DNA of 64,000 bases from IMG/VR virus record IMGVR_UViG_3300035520_001855. One strand, given 5' to 3'. The translations under genes and the position numbers were made by a program. The notes below the pieces were generated by a model, which saw only the letters and a list, made by a program, of their open reading frames with translations, had not been told where the DNA came from and did no database searches. Source of the DNA: an uncultured virus (IMG/VR IMGVR_UViG_3300035520_001855) (taxonomy: Duplodnaviria; Heunggongvirae; Uroviricota; Caudoviricetes). Shown here in pieces: positions 9,110 through 18,314 of this stretch (position 1 is its first letter; each line of letters opens with the position of its first letter).

Positions 9110-10089
9110 TAAAACTCTGAAGTCTTTATTACTTCACCATTATTTAGAATGCATAAATTCTCTTCAACTCTCTGTAAAATGAGATCAATACCTTTTATAC
9201 TAGTAACTTTAAACTTTTCATTTAAAAGATTTACTAACTCATTCCTTTGTTCTGCTGTTAACTGAAGATTCTGTGCAAATGTTATCAATGCATAATCCGC
9301 TACACCCCTGCTTATTGGATCTTGTTGCACAGAAAAACTGTCAATCAACAATGAAATGCTAGAGAAAGTATCCTTACCATAAGATGTAAATGATATTTGT
9401 TGTAACATTGAAAATACACTAATAGTGTTAAAATCTAAATTTAAATCACTTGCATATAAATCTCGAATATAATCATTACAATAGCTTATGAACAAATTGT
9501 TAATAGCTCGCATATCAACTAAGAATATATCTTGACACTTTACTGCTACTAAGTCTAATGGTAATTCAAGTAAACCTCTCTGAAAGATTGCTTTTACTGA
9601 ATATTTATTTTCATTGCTTAACTTTGCTAAAACTTGATCTGCGAAAATCGGTACAATTCTCCTGTTATCAATTTTCAATACATCATTAGTTCTTGCAACA
9701 CCACGTTTATTATCTTCATGGAAAGATATGATAATCTCCTCAAACTGTTTCATATCCACTTTAATATAAACAGAAATTCGGTAAAGATTGTCAATTACAC
9801 AGATAAAAGTATCTTTATGTTCTTGATCTTTTTTTCTTTCAATCATGTAAGGTTGAATGTTTGAAAGATATGATTTTACAAAATCCAACATATTTCTTCC
9901 ACAATAGTTAACATAATCAAAGAGGTGTTTATTTAAACCACTCCAATGCTGTGTATCATCTATTTTCAATCTGTCTAATTTTGCAAGTCTACGCAATTTT
10001 CTGCACACTGCTATCATAGATGTGTCAACACCAAACTGTTTAACTTGTTCGAATGTCAAGTCCTCTGATAAGCTTGAATTTAAATCCAT
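9109..10089 (-). CDS. Hypothetical protein
   Basis: Long ORF, GGAGG RBS before ATG 10089; ends KTSEF. Confidence 0.8.
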   Translation of the reverse strand: MDLNSSLSEDLTFEQVKQFGVDTSMIAVCRKLRRLAKLDRLKIDDTQHWSGLNKHLFDYVNYCGRNMLDFVKSYLSNIQPYMIERKKDQEHKDTFICVIDNLYRISVYIKVDMKQFEEIIISFHEDNKRGVARTNDVLKIDNRRIVPIFADQVLAKLSNENKYSVKAIFQRGLLELPLDLVAVKCQDIFLVDMRAINNLFISYCNDYIRDLYASDLNLDFNTISVFSMLQQISFTSYGKDTFSSISLLIDSFSVQQDPISRGVADYALITFAQNLQLTAEQRNELVNLLNEKFKVTSIKGIDLILQRVEENLCILNNGEVIKTSEF

Positions 10090-10149
10090 GTGTAACACCT
10101 CCTATGTCTTTAGTATACACTAAATTTAATATAAAGTAAAGATATAAGA

Positions 10150-11055
10150 TTACTTGCACACTTTCAGTTCATTACCATCATAGATATAAATATTATCAGA
10201 TAAATATTCTACTTCAGTTGTAGAAATGTTTTTATTAGTGACAGCACTATTAAACATTTGTAATGCTTTATATAATTTATTTAGATCACTACCAGTTCTT
10301 GAACCAACAATTAAAGTATCAGTATTTATTGGTACTATCAATACATCGCTATTAAACTTTCTATACAATCTCTTCAAAAATTCTGTGCATACCAAAGCTG
10401 AAGAACCATAGTAACCCACTCTACCTGTAACTAATACTGAATTAGCCATACCTGTCATAAAGTCAGGTTCTTTAAGTGTCAAGCCTAATAACTTTTCTGT
10501 ATTAATCATAGCATGCTTAAATAATTCTTCCTCTGTAATCCCTGCTACTTTTAAGAGTTCTTCTGTCACAACACCTGTCTGCATTGCATGGTTGCTGATA
10601 TCTTCATTTACAAAGATTCTGCAACCAACACACAAGTCTAAAACTCTAGTGTAAGGTATATTTTTTATCATAGCTTGATTTCTTGCAAAATTGCAAACAA
10701 ATAAGAATACATGCTTGAGTATATATTCTTTATCTCTTAAATCTACTCTCTCCACTTCGGCTGTCATAGTTAACGCTGCTTCTGCATACTTTCCTAAAAA
10801 ATAATTAACAAATTCTGGTATATCCTCCTCAGATGCACCTGACTCTGATGAAAAGACATCATATAAGAAATCTAAATAATACACTGGGATAACCTCATTG
10901 TCCTGACTGTCATGTTTTAATAACACACCTACTCTCTCTACATTACACTTATTTATCTTTTCTACTGCAACCTTAAACTCGGGAAAATGTTCTGCTACTA
11001 CCGAATTTAACTCTCTTATAAATAATTCACTAAATTTTTCAAATGTTACTGACAT
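10150..11055 (-). CDS. DUF5688-family protein
   Basis: KCNVERVGV..PVYYLD..GITEEELFKHAMINT..YGSSAL..LSDNIYIYD; strong RBS. Confidence 0.7.
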   Translation of the reverse strand: MSVTFEKFSELFIRELNSVVAEHFPEFKVAVEKINKCNVERVGVLLKHDSQDNEVIPVYYLDFLYDVFSSESGASEEDIPEFVNYFLGKYAEAALTMTAEVERVDLRDKEYILKHVFLFVCNFARNQAMIKNIPYTRVLDLCVGCRIFVNEDISNHAMQTGVVTEELLKVAGITEEELFKHAMINTEKLLGLTLKEPDFMTGMANSVLVTGRVGYYGSSALVCTEFLKRLYRKFNSDVLIVPINTDTLIVGSRTGSDLNKLYKALQMFNSAVTNKNISTTEVEYLSDNIYIYDGNELKVCK

Positions 11056-11089
11056 AATTTACCTCCTAATAAATATAATGATGTACAAT

Positions 11090-11880
11090 AAAAATGCCTG
11101 TTTAAATGCAGAGTGTAAAATGAACAACAAATTTATTTAAAACGAAGAAAACACATCTACAAAATAAACAGGCTAGTGAGTAGGGAAAGGGCACCCACTA
11201 GAAAGCACCTAAAACACTCAGATGTTTTCTAGTAGATATAATTACTCCTTACAGACACTCACAATAGGCAGAACATATCAAAAAACTTGGAGGTCATCTG
11301 AAAAAAACTTTATAAAAATAGATGTTGGTATGTACTGCCTTAAAGTAAATGCCTGACTAGTTGGGTGCTAGTCATAAAAAAATGAAAGGAGTTTTATGAT
11401 AGTGGCAGACTATCATTCCCAGTGCATAACACTGAAAAGAGCTTGATTTTAAAAATTAAACTCTTTTCAATGTTACCCATGAATCCTTGAGTTTCTATCT
11501 TGAGAAAGAAAATAAATGGGTGGGATTGGGACAAATTATTAATATGTCATATCAATCTCAAGATAGCACTCTTGGACCCGAATGAATTATTCACCCGGAA
11601 AAGAGTTTTTATCCAAATGGATGGTGGGTTAAGTTTATCCCACTAGCGAGAGTCTAATTATTGAGCAATTAGGCTCTCATACTGGGATAAAATTATAAAA
11701 TACAAAGATTGGCTTGTTTAAGGGGTTGCCAAACAAGCCAAACCAGCTTTCACATTTGGGGAAATATAAAAGCCAAATTTTAGCATCAGAATCATTGATT
11801 CCTTATCTTTGATTCACTTTTATATATGTAATTGAGTACAATGTGCTGAAGATACTATTTCGAGAATATTAAAGTGAAAA
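11090..11880. ncRNA. Candidate large structured non-coding RNA or hairpin array
   Basis: No ORF of 60 aa or more; at least 12 near-contiguous stems, e.g. 11096/11173, 11266/11340, 11354/11374, 11396/11416, 11427/11475, 11489/11571, 11648/11678, 11709/11741. Confidence 0.55.
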
Positions 11881-11894
11881 CTCAATAATTTGAC

Positions 11895-11951
11895 TAAATT
11901 AAAAAATAAGGAGCTATCACATATGTTGGATGCTCCTTATTTTTTAATTTA
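11895..11951. terminator. Strong bidirectional terminator-like hairpin
   Basis: taaattaaaaaataaggagc...gctccttattttttaattta. Confidence 0.75.
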
Positions 11952-12063
11952 TTAAGTGTAGTTTTTAAAAATGTGTACTTGATACCTGTGAAGATGAACT
12001 ACAAAATTGTTTAATATCTTTTAGTCTCTATTTAAATTGTATCAGACTCTTCTTATATAGCCA

Positions 12064-12314
12064 TTACACAATCGTTACACAATTTTGTTATTGGAATGTA
12101 AAATTTTATACAAAAACACATCTTTGTATAATTTATACCAAAGTCTTTTGTTAAAAGGGTTTGAAGGCTTTTATAAGAGAAAATTGAACTCTATGAAACT
12201 GACATGCAAATTACAATTCCTAGTTTCATTTTTTACTTATACCTATTCAGAAACCCTTTGTTTACTTGGTTTCTGCCTTTCTTTATATTTTTACTACACA
12301 ACTTACTACACAAT
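12064..12314. other. attP-like site with two pairs of arm-type repeats
   Basis: TACACAA repeats at 12064, 12075, 12294 and 12306, directly downstream of the integrase. Confidence 0.6.
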
Positions 12315-13442
12315 TTTTAAAGTGCTTGCAACCTTTTCTATTTCGCTAGCTTTAGCATCATCAGTAACATGAACATATAAATTCATTGTAGTTTCGATAT
12401 TAGAATGACCTAAAAGTACCTGTAATGTTTTAGGTCGCATACCACCTTCGATGCATCTTGTTGCAAATGTGTGTCGTAGAACATGAGTTGAGAATCTTTT
12501 TATTCCAGCTTTGTCACATAATTGAAATAGCTTAGTGTCGTAAGTCGATGTTTTTAATGGAGCTCCTTTTCTATTTAAGAACACAAAGTCTGAAAAATTT
12601 ATATCAATTACAGGTAGAGATTCAATCTTTTCCTTTTGACTCTTTAAAAGCTCTACTGCCACTTCTGTTAGGTTTATATCACGAAAGCCTGTTTTACTTT
12701 TAGGATCTCCTATTCTCCATTTACCAGCACTATAACGGAATTCCATGGTTCTTCTCACATGTATTAATTTTCTATCAAAATCAACATCGGACCATTTCAA
12801 TCCCATTAATTCTCCTATTCTAAGTCCAGTTTGAAGAATCAAAGCATACGCATTATAGTTACTACATTTTTTTGCAACTTCTAAAAATTTTCTTTGTTCT
12901 TCAAGTGTAAGTGCTCTGACTGTTTTTGGTTCTTTTCCTATATTAGATTTTACAGACTTAGTTACTGGATTTTTATGTATAAGATCATTATCAACAGCAC
13001 TTGCAAACATACAACATAAAGCAATTCGTGTTTGTTCTATAGTAGAAGTTTTATAGTCATTTTTCATCTGATTTAAAACATTTTGACAATGCATAGGTTT
13101 TACTTCAGACAACAACATTCTTCCAATACAACCTTTTATATTCTTCTCGAATCTTTCAATGTAGTTTCTTCTTGTGTTTGATCGAATACTATTCCCTTTA
13201 ATGTTATCAATCCAATACTCAAACCAAGCAGTAACTGTCATATCTCCAGATGCATTAATACCTCCATGTTCATCAGCAAATCTTGCATCTGCAAGCCAGT
13301 TTCGACATTCCTGTAATTTAGTAAAATACTTTTGTACATTCTTGCCAGTTTGCTTACTCACAAATCGTGCTGTGTATAATCCATCCGATTTTCGTTGACT
13401 TATTCCAACTCCAAGCTCTTTACCCTTTAGGTCTTTACCCAC
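12306..13442 (-). CDS. int: Tyrosine recombinase (Tn916/phage-type integrase)
   Basis: TGLRIGEL, PKSKTGFR, HVLRHTFAT, LLGHSNIETTMNLYVH; N-terminal arm-binding domain. Confidence 0.95.
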   Translation of the reverse strand: MGKDLKGKELGVGISQRKSDGLYTARFVSKQTGKNVQKYFTKLQECRNWLADARFADEHGGINASGDMTVTAWFEYWIDNIKGNSIRSNTRRNYIERFEKNIKGCIGRMLLSEVKPMHCQNVLNQMKNDYKTSTIEQTRIALCCMFASAVDNDLIHKNPVTKSVKSNIGKEPKTVRALTLEEQRKFLEVAKKCSNYNAYALILQTGLRIGELMGLKWSDVDFDRKLIHVRRTMEFRYSAGKWRIGDPKSKTGFRDINLTEVAVELLKSQKEKIESLPVIDINFSDFVFLNRKGAPLKTSTYDTKLFQLCDKAGIKRFSTHVLRHTFATRCIEGGMRPKTLQVLLGHSNIETTMNLYVHVTDDAKASEIEKVASTLKIV

Positions 13443-13477
13443 CTAAATCAACTCCCTTCTGTCAATTCTTAACAAAA

Positions 13478-13527
13478 AAGAGTCTGATACAATTTAATAT
13501 TGTATCACACTCTCTTATGTTTTGCAA
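13478..13527 (-). promoter_or_regulatory. Integrase promoter embedded in a palindrome/terminator-like hairpin
   Basis: TTGCAA-17 nt-TACAAT with extended TG; hairpin followed by a T run on the minus strand. Confidence 0.6.
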
Positions 13528-13560
13528 CACTGAAATCATGTCGAATCTCTAAATAAAGAT

Positions 13561-13944
13561 TCAATCAATCTCACAAGTTTTAGATATGAATTCCTCAAAT
13601 TCTTTCCTTTTTATAAGTTTTTTAATTCCAACATATAAGACAAAAGGACAGTTAGGTTTTTTCAGCAATTCGCTTAACCTATTCACTCCTATATTGGAAT
13701 AGGCTGCAGCTTCACTAATTGTCAGATTTAACTTTAAATGTATAGGCACTTCTATATGATTTTTGTCATCTACTTCTTGCGTTGTTTCACAAATAGAGAT
13801 ATCTTCTCTCTGAGGTTCTTGTGTTGTTTCATAAATAAAAACATCATCTTTTTTAGGTTCCTGTGTTGTTTCATAAATAAAAACATCTTCTCTTTTGAGT
13901 TTCTGTGTTTTATTTTTATTCTTTTTAGTCTTATCCTTACTCAT
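13561..13944 (-). CDS. xis: Excisionase with three N-terminal 14-aa repeats
   Basis: VPIHLKLNLTISEAAAYSNIGVNRL..CPFVLYVGIKKLIKRKEFEEF; directly upstream of int. Confidence 0.8.
   Translation of the reverse strand: MSKDKTKKNKNKTQKLKREDVFIYETTQEPKKDDVFIYETTQEPQREDISICETTQEVDDKNHIEVPIHLKLNLTISEAAAYSNIGVNRLSELLKKPNCPFVLYVGIKKLIKRKEFEEFISKTCEID
13771..13896 (-). repeat. 3 x 42-bp in-frame tandem repeat
   Basis: KREDVFIYETTQEP / KKDDVFIYETTQEP / QREDISICETTQEV. Confidence 0.9.
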
Positions 13945-14041
13945 TATCTTACCTCCAAATACTAAAAGGAGTCATACACCTAATGCATGACTCTAATCAT
14001 TTGTTACATAATATATGACAATAAACTCTGTTCTGTACAAA

Positions 14042-14440
14042 TCAATCTTCAACTTCACCTGTTAAAATATAATGCTTTGTATCGTTAATGGCTTGTATCA
14101 TTTTATCACGATTACTTGATGATTTTATTAAATTGAAGCTTTCCTCCAAAAAATCTAATTCTTCAAGAATTATTTCCTTTGATGTCAATATCTTTTTTCC
14201 ACAATTGTAGCAGAATCTTGCCTCAGGAATATTAATTGTGCTACCACAATGTCTACACTTTCTGGTCTTCTTTATTATACTATGTCTAGGTTTCAAATTG
14301 TGTTTTCTCTGTATAGAATAGATTATACCTTTGGTTATTGAATACTTGTTCTGAAGTTCTTGTATAGTTAAATTCCCATTTGTGTAGTCATCAATTATAC
14401 TACCAATCTGCTCTCGTGTTAAATCAGCATATCTCATCAT
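14042..14440 (-). CDS. HTH + zinc-ribbon protein
   Basis: LTIQELQNKYSITKG; CRHCG..FCYNCG. Confidence 0.65.
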   Translation of the reverse strand: MMRYADLTREQIGSIIDDYTNGNLTIQELQNKYSITKGIIYSIQRKHNLKPRHSIIKKTRKCRHCGSTINIPEARFCYNCGKKILTSKEIILEELDFLEESFNLIKSSSNRDKMIQAINDTKHYILTGEVED

Positions 14441-14460
14441 TATATCTACCTCCATATTTA

Positions 14461-14787
14461 TTAAAATAAACTTGTTGGCATGTTTAATTTGCAAACAAAC
14501 GGAAACTTATGATCATGTTCCATTAAATAAGTGTTTAAAGCTACATGAACTGCTTCTTCTCTACTTATGCTTGATTTGAGATAAATTGAATGTGCTGACG
14601 CTGATATTGTATCTATGAAATGTTCATAATCTTTATTAGCATCTTTTGGCATACTTCCTTCAATTATCAAATCAGAAATTTGATCTCTTGCATCAAGCTT
14701 AATAAACTCAATAAGTTGTTCTTCATAAGCATCAAATAACTCATCGCTTGTTAAAGTATATATCTTTCCATCACGTTCAATATTCAT
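14461..14787 (-). CDS. Hypothetical phage-type protein
   Basis: Overlaps the gmk stop; ends MPTSLF. Confidence 0.65.
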   Translation of the reverse strand: MNIERDGKIYTLTSDELFDAYEEQLIEFIKLDARDQISDLIIEGSMPKDANKDYEHFIDTISASAHSIYLKSSISREEAVHVALNTYLMEHDHKFPFVCKLNMPTSLF

Positions 14788-15493
14788 TAATAACACCCCT
14801 TACAATATTTTTATATTTATCGTAGAACTTAAGAGCTTCTTCAATGCATTGTAAATCTTCTTCATACAAAGCATCAAATGAATCATTGTGCTTTTGCTTT
14901 CTATACAGCTCAATTGACTTAAGTGAACGTTTAACTCTATGGCTTGATTCTGGTTGAAGTCCAAGTACATGAACTTCAATTGCCCTAATAGTGTCACCTA
15001 AATCATTGTCGTTACTTATAGCTAAATCTATGTATCCACTATTTATTATAATAGTATCAGCATTTCTATCTTTCTCAAGATAATCTTTAATCTTATCTGA
15101 ACTATCACCACGTTTACACAAACGTTCTTTACGTTCATTATCTGATACAGTTAAATACATGGTGTAGACCTTCTTATTGCCATTGTATAACTCTTTAAAC
15201 TCTTTTATTCCGTCAAAGTCAATAATATAAATATCATTATCCTCTACCTGCTCTTTAGTTGCACAGTATCTATCCCCATAATGTTCTGAATATGCAACCA
15301 TATCACATTTTTGAATCTTATCGAATTCTTCATCAGTATCAAATATATGACCTGATTCATTCTGTGTTCTAGGTTTTCTCGTTGTGTGACTTGGCAAAAT
15401 CTTTAAACCATATTTATCTGATAAAACTTTTGCTATAGTTGATTTACCAGCACCTCTACCACCTGCTAACAAAATTATTCCATTAAATAGCAT
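14777..15493 (-). CDS. gmk: Guanylate kinase-like protein
   Basis: GGRGAGKST, SHTTRKPR..E..HIF, YGDRY, ERLCKRGD. Confidence 0.85.
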   Translation of the reverse strand: MLFNGIILLAGGRGAGKSTIAKVLSDKYGLKILPSHTTRKPRTQNESGHIFDTDEEFDKIQKCDMVAYSEHYGDRYCATKEQVEDNDIYIIDFDGIKEFKELYNGNKKVYTMYLTVSDNERKERLCKRGDSSDKIKDYLEKDRNADTIIINSGYIDLAISNDNDLGDTIRAIEVHVLGLQPESSHRVKRSLKSIELYRKQKHNDSFDALYEEDLQCIEEALKFYDKYKNIVRGVINEY

Positions 15494-15515
15494 AATCTTC
15501 CCTCCATATTTGATT

Positions 15516-16190
15516 TTAATCTACTGGCTCATATGTCAGCGTATTAATGATTGCCTTGAATTCACTTAGAATTGGAAGCATCTCTGACTTTGATTTATGA
15601 GCCTGCTTGTTTATAAAAAGAGATATTTGAAAATGATTTGTATGAGGAGTTAATTCATCTTCATATAAACCCTTTGTTTCAAAGAAATAACTCTCTAAAT
15701 AACTCTGTACTGTTTCTGCTTTTGCTACGTAAAATGATTTAGAATTTTCTGTTTTTTCAATATCACAATTTGATATATTGTAATTCCTATTAACACTTGA
15801 CCTTACACTTTCAACTGTTTTATCCTTGTTATAATTCCAAGTAGTAAACATTATGTGAGTGTTTGTAAATAGTTGACTGCTATCTAAATCACCATAATTA
15901 CTTGGCTCAATACCTTTTGGTGAGTAAATATATAAATTGCATATTTCTGCTGCTCCAAAATTATTATCTGTCTTGTAAAAGTTAGTCGCACTAAATTCTT
16001 TATATGAATAACGTGTTCCATCGAATGTAAAGGTATACCATTTCCCCGATAGGTTATCCTTATAATTAACAACAGCATTTGATAATGATGTTGCATCACC
16101 ATTAACAATATTATTATCAAGCTCTGTGACATCTTGCTGTATTGTTTTAATTGTATTTACAAGCTTATTAAATAAATCTAAACTATTCAT
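15516..16190 (-). CDS. Hypothetical protein
   Basis: ORF with GGGGGAG RBS before ATG 16190. Confidence 0.65.
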   Translation of the reverse strand: MNSLDLFNKLVNTIKTIQQDVTELDNNIVNGDATSLSNAVVNYKDNLSGKWYTFTFDGTRYSYKEFSATNFYKTDNNFGAAEICNLYIYSPKGIEPSNYGDLDSSQLFTNTHIMFTTWNYNKDKTVESVRSSVNRNYNISNCDIEKTENSKSFYVAKAETVQSYLESYFFETKGLYEDELTPHTNHFQISLFINKQAHKSKSEMLPILSEFKAIINTLTYEPVD

Positions 16191-16216
16191 AATCAAGCTC
16201 CCCCTTTGGCTTAAAA

Positions 16217-16654
16217 TTATTCTTTCTTTTCTATCTTTATATTGTATCCCAACGAATTCCAAAATGTTTCTGATACTACTTTACAATCTGATAGTAAAAA
16301 AGAATAAATATTGTCTGCACAATAGTCAGCATCTAACATCTCAACACAAATAATATCTGGAAAACTAGATGGTCTACGAAGTCGATTAAAATATGCGTGA
16401 TTCAAAAGGTTAAAGTCTTTTTCGTTTTCTAACTTGTACCACTTAAATTCACTAGATGAACTTGGAAACTCGTCATTCACTAACGGAACTAAATCATCAA
16501 GTTCTCCTAAATAAAAGTCACGTGTTTTTATTAACTCCCTTGCATGTAGACTTTCTTCATAAGATAAACAAGCATCTTCGGTATCAAATTCTCTTCCGTC
16601 TGTTGCTACATAAGTCATGACCTCTCTAGTTACTTTCTTTAATTTTACTTCCAT
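16217..16654 (-). CDS. Hypothetical phage-type protein
   Basis: YVATDGREFDTEDACLSYE motif; strong RBS. Confidence 0.7.
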   Translation of the reverse strand: MEVKLKKVTREVMTYVATDGREFDTEDACLSYEESLHARELIKTRDFYLGELDDLVPLVNDEFPSSSSEFKWYKLENEKDFNLLNHAYFNRLRRPSSFPDIICVEMLDADYCADNIYSFLLSDCKVVSETFWNSLGYNIKIEKKE

Positions 16655-16720
16655 ATATAGACCTCCTAAAATATATTATAAATTGTTATGTAGTTTTTTT
16701 TTTGTTTTTCTAATAATATC

Positions 16721-17878
16721 TCACAACCACAAAGGGAACATCTCCCCCAATGTCTTCTTATCCGATATATGATTTATAAATTCTTTTGGCGTGCATAGCT
16801 TTTCGTTATCAAAAACTTCTTCAAACCATAATGCACCTATGTAATATGACTCTTTGAATCCGATGTATTGTGTAGCATATTCCGTCATGATTTCACACAG
16901 TTCATCAGAATATTTTAAATACATTTTTCCTATGTCTAGTATTCTGTTAGCTAAATCATTTGTGTCCATTAAAAATACATCATTCAGATACGCAATCGCA
17001 TTTTCTCTTAATGTTCTTGTGTATTGATTCTTTAATGTATTCCATTCGCAATATGTTGCCCACCCTTCAATTAAAGAGATTGCACCATGATCAAAATTTT
17101 TATTCACACCATTTGTTTTGTTATAAAAGTATGCATGTCCTGGATAAATCTCATGTATAATTGTGTATATAAAATCATTTTCATTACATAACTCATTATT
17201 AACAAATAATACAAGTTCGTTTTTTCCAGAGCTTGATATATCTCTATCCCAATACTCTGCAAAACCAACATCTTCACTTAGTTTAATAACATACTCCAGC
17301 TCACACATCTTTCCAAATCTTGACATTAATATATTATTGGTTTTTACTAATTTTATGGTATTAGAATATGTATTTAAAATATTTGAACTTATACATTTAC
17401 CACGGTATCTATTTTCATGATAGCCAATACAAGTTCTATTAATGCATTGCATTATATTTTTAAAGCGTTTTCCATAAAGTACACTTAACAGATTCATGTA
17501 CTCAGCCTTAACAGATTTTCCATCTAATGAATATTGTAATAGATTTTTTAACAAATCTTTTTGTTTATTGGTACATGAGATATTTTCAATTTTTCTCATA
17601 TAAGATGATTTCAGCTTTAGAGGTGTTTTTAACAATCTTTGTTTTTCTTCTTCTGCTAGTTGCAATATATTATCAATAGTCTCAGCCTCATCATTGATTG
17701 CATCAATTAAAATTGCAAATGAATAAAAACTCATATAGAAATCTTTAATTTTGGTGTAGATAATACTTTCATCATTCTCAAGCTGATCTATAAATACATT
17801 GACATCATTTAAAATATCCTTATTAAAAAATATCTTAAACCACCAATCCCATATTTTAATCTTCAAAATTATCGCCAC
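16721..17878 (-). CDS. DUF885-like zinc metallopeptidase
   Basis: IHEIYPGH..IEGWATYCE..SYYIG. Confidence 0.7.
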   Translation of the reverse strand: MAIILKIKIWDWWFKIFFNKDILNDVNVFIDQLENDESIIYTKIKDFYMSFYSFAILIDAINDEAETIDNILQLAEEEKQRLLKTPLKLKSSYMRKIENISCTNKQKDLLKNLLQYSLDGKSVKAEYMNLLSVLYGKRFKNIMQCINRTCIGYHENRYRGKCISSNILNTYSNTIKLVKTNNILMSRFGKMCELEYVIKLSEDVGFAEYWDRDISSSGKNELVLFVNNELCNENDFIYTIIHEIYPGHAYFYNKTNGVNKNFDHGAISLIEGWATYCEWNTLKNQYTRTLRENAIAYLNDVFLMDTNDLANRILDIGKMYLKYSDELCEIMTEYATQYIGFKESYYIGALWFEEVFDNEKLCTPKEFINHISDKKTLGEMFPLWL

Positions 17879-17904
17879 CTACATTTAGATATGTATATAA
17901 TGAT

Positions 17905-17994
17905 AGTGTTTGGCAGGAGTCGAACCTGCTCTTTAATTAAATCTCAATATCTTCTTTGCAATTGAGATATGTGCTACCGTTACACTACAAACAC
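17905..17994 (-). ncRNA. tRNA-like element 1 with extended non-canonical anticodon arm
   Basis: Acceptor GTGTTTG/CAAACAC; D arm GTGT-AACGGTA-GCAC; T arm GCAGG-TTCGACT-CCTGC; 8-bp stem with 12-nt loop in place of the anticodon arm. Confidence 0.65.
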
Positions 17995-18009
17995 TTTGAC
18001 GTGATAAAG

Positions 18010-18291
18010 TTACTTGTAGTAGACACATTTTCTCCAGTACTTTATATAACTTTCTAAATCGGGGAGTTTATGATTTGAAAGTCCTTTTCCAATATCGGAA
18101 TAATATTTCTGGATTGCATCTGCTAAAGTCCAACGCCATTTATAATCACAAATATTCCATTGCTGATACACTCTTTTATAATAAGAGCCATTTGAAATAT
18201 CTGGAGTATTTCTTACTTTCCTATTAGCTAACTTCTTTTGACCACGATTGTGATCTTTTATGTAAGGTTGTTTCTTATAACTTCTTGACAC
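18010..18291 (-). CDS. Small basic hypothetical protein
   Basis: SRSYKKQP..KKLANRKVR..WNICDY; GGAGG RBS before GTG. Confidence 0.7.
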   Translation of the reverse strand: MSRSYKKQPYIKDHNRGQKKLANRKVRNTPDISNGSYYKRVYQQWNICDYKWRWTLADAIQKYYSDIGKGLSNHKLPDLESYIKYWRKCVYYK

Positions 18292-18314
18292 TAAGACCAC
18301 CTCCATGATTATTA

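Noticed and set aside
11090..11880. CRISPR array or tmRNA
   Set aside because: No regularly spaced direct repeats, no cas genes, no tmRNA-type ends; the tag-like codons at 11124 are preceded by TGA and not followed by a stop
12085..12372. 95-aa plus-strand ORF
   Set aside because: TTG start without RBS; overlaps the att site and the int 3' end
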